Origin: the human T2T-CHM13v2.0 reference genome, Homo sapiens
NCBI RefSeq assembly: GCF_009914755.1
Contig: NC_060946.1
DNA length: 64,000 nt
Direction: 5' to 3' (one strand)
In this document: positions 55,491 to 64,000 of the stretch, one piece after another
How positions within the stretch are numbered: position 1 is the first letter of the stretch
Layout of the letters: each line of letters starts with the position of its first letter
The notes under the pieces: model-generated
What the model saw: only the letters and a program-made list of their open reading frames with translations
What the model was told of the DNA's origin: nothing
The model's database searches: none
Position numbers and translations under genes: made by a program

Positions 55491-57767
55491 CTAATTTTCT
55501 TTTTTTTTCTTTTTTTTTTTTGTATTTTTAGTAGAGATGGGGTTTCACCGTGTTGGCCAGGCTGGTCTCGAACTCCTGACCTTGTGATCCGGCTGCCTCG
55601 GCCTCCCAAAGTGCTGGGATTACCAGCGTGAGCCACGCACCCAGCCAACTTTTGACTTTGTGCGGAACTCATTTGTTGTTGACCCTTTCCCCCTCCACTG
55701 GCAGCTTTTGATTTCCTTTCTTTGAGCTCTTTGGGGTGGCTCTGGATGTCATCAGGACTGCTTTGCGCCTCTTTGGAGATGGCTTATGTGTCCTTGGTTA
55801 AGTCCATAGCTTTAGTTAAGGCTTATTGGTTTTGGTGAGTCACTTGGGAGGTACCTTTGGTTTTAAAAAAAAAAAAAAGGGCTCAAAGCCATGGCTATCA
55901 GCTGTTGGTCTCAGCTAAAATCTGATAATAAGATATTTGAAAGGATTTTAAAAAAGAGCTCTGTGGTCAGAAGTTGGCTTAATTAAAAACAGGTGAGCTG
56001 ATCTTCAAGCCATGTATCTACAGCCTTTTCTGCTTTTGGACCCTGTTTCTGGGAATTTTTTTTTCAGGTGACTGAAACCCCTTTAAATTGTGTGTTTGGT
56101 CCTTCTGTTTGGTTCCTTTGTTGGTATAATTTTGATGAGAAAAATGTAAAATTGTATTGGCCTTTTAGAACCTTAACATTTTTCCAAATTGGCTCCTCTA
56201 AGGATTGCAGTCCCATTTACTTCTACCCCTCCGTGCTCCTCCATCCTCTTTGCCATCTTTGGTACCTAATGAAGGGATCTACAAGGGACTTCTGATGACT
56301 TAGAGACCCCTTGGGGAACGCAAAGAAAGGTGCCACGCGCCCCGCTTTTGTCTTCCTTATGGGGCCTGAGGAGTCGTGGGTAGCTTCCTCTCGGGTCTAA
56401 AGCTTGGCTGTCTTTGGCACTGTGTCACTGGATCTCTTTGGCTTTGGGGGTACCAGGGATTACGTTGCACTGTGAGACAGTGCATGACCTGAGTGTGTGT
56501 GATGGCCGGCAGGTCACTGGCGAGGGCTGCCTCACAGTTTTGGAGGTGGCTGAAAGCAGTTGTAGTGAATGGTTGTTCCTGCAGTGGCTGCTTGTTTCTC
56601 TGCATGTTTAGATGAGAAAGGCACAATCTGAACACTTGGAGACTATGGAAGCACTTGGCGTCAAAGGCTGAGACTCCGTGGGCTGATTGCTGTGGGTCTC
56701 CCACCAGCCTCAGGGGAATGTCTTCATAGTGAGGTACACTGTGGAAACACTGTATGGCTTTGTCTCATATATATCTCTTTTTAGAGGGAACTCAGCATTC
56801 AGTGTAAATGTGGGATCCTTGATTTTAAAAGATCTAGATGCTCTGCCTTCCAGCTGCACCTGTTTTTCACATATTTAAATATTAGGTCCTCCAAACTGCA
56901 AATGCTTTTTTGGCCATGTTCATTAATGAGCTCTGTCCTGAGCCCAGTGGTCTAGTTCAAAAATGGAGAATAAATTAATAGCCACATATTTAAATAACAT
57001 TGTTGTCCTTATAAAATCCTGTGGTGAATTTCTATGACTTTTTGTTACCTCAGCATCCATTTAAAATCTTCCTTTAACATACTAAATCAAAGCTTAAACT
57101 TTCTCCCTGTGGAATTGCTTGAACCAAGGAGGCAGAGGTTGCAGTGAGTCAAGATCGTGCCGTTGCACTCCAACCTGGGCGACAGAGCAAGACTCCGTCT
57201 TGAAAAAATTCAGTAAATAAAAATAATTTTTTTTTCTCTGTGCTTCAAGATGTAAATTTGTTGCCTTGTTTTCTCTAAAACTTGGTAAGGGCTTTGGCCG
57301 TGTGAGACAGATAAATTTTACCTTGTTCCATTTACAGAGGCACAATTTTAACTATCCTTTTAAACTAGTGATTTTTACCCGATTCGTGGCTAAAATCTTA
57401 AAACTAAAGCTATAAAATCTTGATTTGTGTCTGTATTTTTATGTGTACATGCCTGTTTGTATATTATGTACATAGTAGCAAATTGACGTATAAATAAATA
57501 AGTGCTCATGAATGATGTAACTAAACCCAGATGCTTTTCTAGTTCACGTGACTAGTAATCTTTGGCAAATAAACTTAGTTTTAAAATTGTTGCTGCTGGG
57601 TGCAGTGGCTCACACCTGTAATCCCAGCACTTTGGGAGGCTGAGGCGGGCAAATCACGAGGTCAAGAGATCGAGACCATCCTGGCCAACATGGTGAAACC
57701 CCGTCTCTACTAAAAATACAAAAATTAGCCAGGCGTGGTGGCATGCGCCTGTAGTCCTAGCTACTCA

Positions 57768-57983
<216 letters not shown>

Positions 57984-58123
57984 TTAGATGCTTTAAGGTC
58001 ATAAAATTTGCTTCTGTCATATTTCTGATACTTGCTTAATTTGTCTGTGAACTTAGGTCTTTGGCTTTGAGCCTCTACATTCTGGGGTCAAGACAAGTGG
58101 ACATGATGTGGCCTGGAGACATC

Positions 58124-58423
58124 TGTGTGTCCGCAGTACCTAAGCCCCATCCTCCCTGGCCCAGCTGTACCCCCCGGTCATGCTGTTTGTCTGCAGTGCC
58201 CGAGCCCCGTCCTCCCTAGCCCAGCTGTGCCCCCCGGCCATACTGTGTGTCTGCAGTGCCTGAGCCCCGTCCTCCCTAGCCCAGCTGTGCGCCCCAGCCA
58301 TGCTGTGTGTCTGCAGTGCCCGAGCATTGTCCTCTCTTGCCCAGCTGTGCCCCCCGGTCATGCTGTGTGTCTGCAGTGCCCGAGCATTGTCCTCCCTGGC
58401 CCAGCTGTGCCCCCCGGTCATGC
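58124..58423. repeat. 60-bp tandem repeat x5
   Basis: TGTGTGTCTGCAGTGCCCGAGC..CCTCCCT[A/G]GCCCAGCTGTGCCCCCCGG[T/C]CATGC. Confidence 0.95.
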
Positions 58424-58455
58424 TGGGAGGGGTTGAGTCCTCCAGGCATTGTCTT

Positions 58456-58822
58456 TGTAGTAGCCCATTCTCACACTGCTAATAAAGACATACCTGAGAC
58501 TGGGTGATTTGTAAAGGAAAGAGGTTTAATTGACTCACAGTTCAGCGTGGCTGGGAAGCCTCAGGAAACTTACAATCATGGCGGAAGAGGAAGCAAACAC
58601 GTTCTTCACATGAGGTCAGAAAGGAGGTGTGCAGAGCGAAGAGTGGGGAAGCACCTCATGAAACCATGAGACCTCGTGAGAACTCACTAGCACAAAAACA
58701 GCGTGGGGGAACCACCCCCTTCATCTAATCACCTCCCACTGGGTCCCTCCCACAACACCTGTGGATTTTGGGAACTACAGTTCAAGATGAGATTTGGGTG
58801 GGGACACAGCCAAACCATATCA
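58456..58822 (-). mobile_element. THE1/MST-type MaLR solo LTR
   Basis: Ends GGGACACAGCCAAACCATATCA; perfect 5-bp TSD GTCTT (58451-55 and 58823-27). Confidence 0.88.
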
Positions 58823-59500
58823 GTCTTTAAAGCTCTGTCCTTTGTCCTGGGCTTTGCATCTTTAATAACAATTAAAATTGCTTACTTCCCATGTTTTTCA
58901 CTGAAAATTAGGCTTCCTAAGAGTTAACATTGTAATTAATATATGTATTTAAAACTACTAGATATAAGAGAAACACTTCTGTATGCAAAGTTTATAAGAA
59001 AGTAGGATGTGTTTTTGGTAAGGAAGGTTATAAAGAAGGCATGAGAATGAGGTTTTTGTTAAAGGAAAAGTAATTTTGTCTAGTTTTGATGTTTTTAAAG
59101 GTTGTTTTAAATTAAAGGAATAAAAAAATGATAGATAAAACTGAATATATATAGAAAGTTTGAGAAACAAAGAATGGAACAAATTTTAAGAGGTTATTAA
59201 AGGTTTATGGAAATCTTATGTGGTCAAAGCTGATTGAGATTGAATGGATCTGTTTTTAAGTTTTTATTAAAATTAGCTTTAGTATTAATAATATGCTAAT
59301 GTAAAGGTAGAATTTAGTTTTCATTTTTGAGTAAGATTTTCATGTAGTATTAATAAGAGACAGTAAAAGATTTTTGTTTACCTTTTGAGTAAACTACAAG
59401 AAAAGGAGGAGTAGGCCCGGTACGGTGGTTCACACCTGTAATCCCAGCACTTTGGGAGGCCGAGGTGGGTGGATCACCTGAGGTCAGGAGTTTGAGACTA

Positions 59501-59746
<246 letters not shown>

Positions 59747-60656
59747 TTATTTATTATTTTGGAGACAGGATCTTGCTGTGCCACCCAGGCTCATCTCGAA
59801 CTCCTGAGCTCAAGCAGCCCTCCTGCCTTGGTCTCCCAAAGTGCAGGGATTACAGGTATGAGCCACCACGCCTGGCTCAAAATTATAATTATTATGTTAA
59901 ATTGTTGTATGTCACACAAAAAAACAAATCTCCTTGTGAATTGCATCTGTAACCATCATTAGTCTAAGTCATCTGTCATCCACAGTCAATTACTGTTTTA
60001 CTTTGATTCTTTTTAAAAAGCAGCTTATAATTAGCTACAGTTCAAGACTTGCTTCTTCCTCAAGGAAACTCATGTAAAGTACCCAGACAAGTACTTTTTT
60101 TTTTTTTTTTTTTTGGTTTTTGGTTTTTTTTTTTTGAGACCGATCTCGCTCTGTCGCCCAGGCTGGAGTGTAGTGGCACGGTCTTGGCTCACTGCAAGCT
60201 CCGTCTCCCGGGTTCATGCCATTCTCCTGCCTTAGCCTCCTGAGTAGCTGGTACTACAGGCGCCCGCCACCACACCTGGCTGATTTTCTTTGTATTTTTA
60301 GTAGAGATGGGGTTTCACTGTGTTAGCCAGGATAGTCTTGATCTCCTGAGCCCACGATCCGCCCGCCTCGGCCTCCCAAAGTGCTGGGATTACAGGCGTG
60401 AGCCACCATGCCCGGCCTCAAGATGCTTTTAAAAGTCTAATCTGAGATTCCTTATGAAAAAGTTCTGGCAAAGCCAACTTTAAAAGAGGTTGAATGGCCA
60501 GTCACTATTATTACTGTACTTTATGCAAATAATCAGGCCAATTATAATAAGACTAAAACTTATTTTGTAAATCAGTTGTTCTTACTCTGATTTGTCTTTT
60601 GTGGAAAAGGGAGACTGGAGAGAGAAAAAATATGTTTTAGAAGAAAACTATAGTAT

Positions 60657-61037
60657 ACCTGTTATTAGAGTCCAGACTGACTGTTGACACCTGTTATTAG
60701 AGTCCGGACTGACTGTTGACACCTGTTACGAGAGTCTGGACTGACTGTTGACACCTGTCACGAGAGTCTGGACTGACTGTTGACACCTGTCACAAGAGTC
60801 TGGACTGACTGTTGACACCTGTCATTAGAGTCCGGACTGACTGTTGACACCTGCCGTGAGGAGAGTCCGGACTGACTGTTGACACCTGTTATTAGAGTCC
60901 GGACTGACTGTTGACACCTGTTATTAGAGTCCGGACTGACTGTTGACACCTGTTATTAGAGTCCGGACTGACTGTTGACACCTGTCACGAGAGTCCGGAC
61001 TGACTGTTGACACCTGTTACGAGAGTCCGGACTGACT
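60657..61037. repeat. 32-bp tandem repeat, 11 full copies plus 1 partial
   Basis: ACCTGTTATTAGAGTCCGGACTGACTGTTGAC with variants; one 35-bp unit at 60849. Confidence 0.95.
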
Positions 61038-62218
61038 TGTTTTTGAGTTGTTATCATTTGCCTATAGTTTGAACTGAATCCTGCATTCTTTCCTAGCTCC
61101 AAGTCTCTAAACTAATGCTTTCCAGTTTTTCTCCCATTTTTCTGATTTAAAATCACTGGAAATTAAAATGGCTTTTCTTGAAGCCCTGCAACTGAAGCTA
61201 AATTACTTATAATCTTCAGGAGAAATCATCACAGCGACTTATGTATAAATAGCCTTTGTGCCTGTTGATATATGGACTATTCAGAAAGTTCACTTGAACA
61301 CCCAATTAGAACTACAATCCAGAAAAATCTGTCAAATTGCCATTGCAATCTGAAGATGCTCCAGATGCCTCAGATTGAGGAGAGCTAGAAAAGCTAGTCT
61401 ATGGATGACACCAGACATTCACCGTTTTTTTTCTTCTGTTTCCATAGAATTGTATCTTGTTAAAGATCTGTTTGTGTGAATTATATACGAGGTCCCAGCC
61501 CATCTGCAATGCCACTTCTTGGAATAGGATACAGCTGTTTAACTGAGCTGATCTAGTCTCAGGACTAAGAGACGGATTCAAGAAAATATGGCATGATACA
61601 TGTCTATTTTTCAGAGACAGGGTCTCACTCACTCACCCACAAAGTGGTGTGATCACAGCTCTCTGCAGACTTGACTTCCCAGGCTCAGGTCATCCTGCTG
61701 CATCAGCCTCCCAGGTAGCTGGGACCACAGACACAAACTACCATGCCTGGCTAATTTTTTATTTTTTGTAGCAATAGAGTCTCCCTGTGATGCCCGGGCT
61801 GGTCTGAACACCTGGGCTCAAGTGCTCCTCCTGCCTCAGCTTCCCAAAGTGCTGAGATTTACAGCCATGAGCCACTGTGCCCTGCCAGGATGACATTTAA
61901 ATTTGTCTTTTTCTGCTTATCCCAATTTCTTTTTGCCCGCCTCTGCCTGTCTCTTATCTAACAACCTCTAACTCAAATCTCTTCAAAGCTATCAACTTTC
62001 TTTTTATATGGGCAACTTTCTGAAAGTCTCAAAGTGGGGACTGAAGGAAACCAAAATATTTCGCCCCAAAATGTATTTCCATGGCTGGGCATGGTGACTC
62101 ACGCCTGTAATCCCAGCACTTCGTGAGGCCGAGGTGGGCAGATCACCTGAGGTCAGGAGTTTGAGACCAGGCTGGCCAACATGGCGAGACCCCGTCTCTA
62201 CTAAAAATACAAAAATTA

Positions 62219-62401
<183 letters not shown>

Positions 62402-62964
62402 TCAAGACAGTTACTCAGAAGGACTGGAAATAGAAGAATAGCTGAAAAGCTGTCTTTTGTGGGGGAGATTTGCATCTGTGGAGAGAATCTACACTGATGC
62501 GGCCAGGCCTCCTCTGAGGCCCTCCTTGCCTGATCTGGGAAGAGTAACAGTCTGACGCCTTTAAAGGCCTGAAGGGAACATTCACCATCTGTTCTCTCTC
62601 AGGGCTGCTACCTGTGAGGTTTCATCTGTAGAACAAGGCCACCTTTGCTAGCCAGGCCTCCTCTGCTCTCCCTCCTGTAACCGGTCTTGCCACTGGTCAC
62701 CTGATTTTCCACCATAAACTGTGGCCATACTTTGAGCCCATGTTCTTTCTGTAACCTCAAGATGGTATATAAGCTTCCGAACCCCATTGGGAGGTTGGGG
62801 TCATCACTCTGGTTCTCCCTGTGTGCATGAATAAATCTGTATGCCTTTTCTCTTACTTTGTCAGTTGATTTTCCGTGAATCTCCTGAGGGCAGAGGGCAA
62901 GTTTTCCCTTGGCCTCTATAGTCTCCAGTTTGTTTAACAGTCAAATGGAAATGACAGACGCGTA

Positions 62965-63800
<836 letters not shown>

Positions 63801-64000
63801 AGTGTAAGAGAGAGCCCCAGAGGGGGCTTCGGTGAGGATTTTATTCTGTGTGGCTGAGGGCCCCAAGGTTGCTGTAGTAATTGGGCCCTGCCAGGGTATC
63901 CCTCTCCATAGCCCCTGCCCTGAACAGTTTCCACTGCAGGTGTCCCCAGGACAGCTCCCTCAGGGTGGCCCCTCCTAGGGTGGCTCCCCAGGGCAGCTCC

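Noticed and set aside
58125-58436. Cys/Pro repeat ORF resembling a keratin-associated or cornified-envelope protein
   Set aside because: Translation of the 60-bp tandem repeat inside a provirus, with a non-ATG start.
60657-61037. 32-bp repeat array superficially like a CRISPR array
   Set aside because: Units are head to tail with no unique spacers, there are no cas genes and the context is eukaryotic; it is a VNTR.

Overview
This is mammalian (human-type, Alu-rich) genomic DNA, recognised from the encoded proteins as the 22q13.33 cluster. In order it holds the 5' end and promoter of CPT1B (- strand), the complete CHKB gene (-, 11 exons, 395 aa) and a bidirectional CpG-island promoter with a probable divergent lncRNA (CHKB-DT). 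Next come about 16 kb of repeats including a decayed ERV-L, the complete MAPK8IP2/JIP2 gene (+, 12 exons, 824 aa) and an Alu-shredded Tigger1. The complete ARSA gene (-, 8 exons, 509 aa) and an 11.2-kb two-LTR class I endogenous retrovirus with nested insertions follow. I traced all coding exon boundaries by hand; all are GT-AG and frame-consistent. I found no evidence for a new protein-coding system, and the other ORFs are explained by GC-rich shadows or repeats. The best leads are non-coding: (1) a tandem pair of spacer-expanded REST/RE1 motifs upstream of MAPK8IP2; (2) an apparently recent gene-conversion tract that makes two old LTRs about 99% identical across 10.7 kb; (3) transposon-derived distal poly(A) signals and inverted Alus behind the weak ARSA AATAAC signal; (4) twin DR1 nuclear-receptor elements in CHKB intron 1; (5) a perfect 144-bp Alu-Alu duplication; (6) motif-bearing VNTRs. 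Repeat family names come from recognition, not a database search, and repeat boundaries are approximate.
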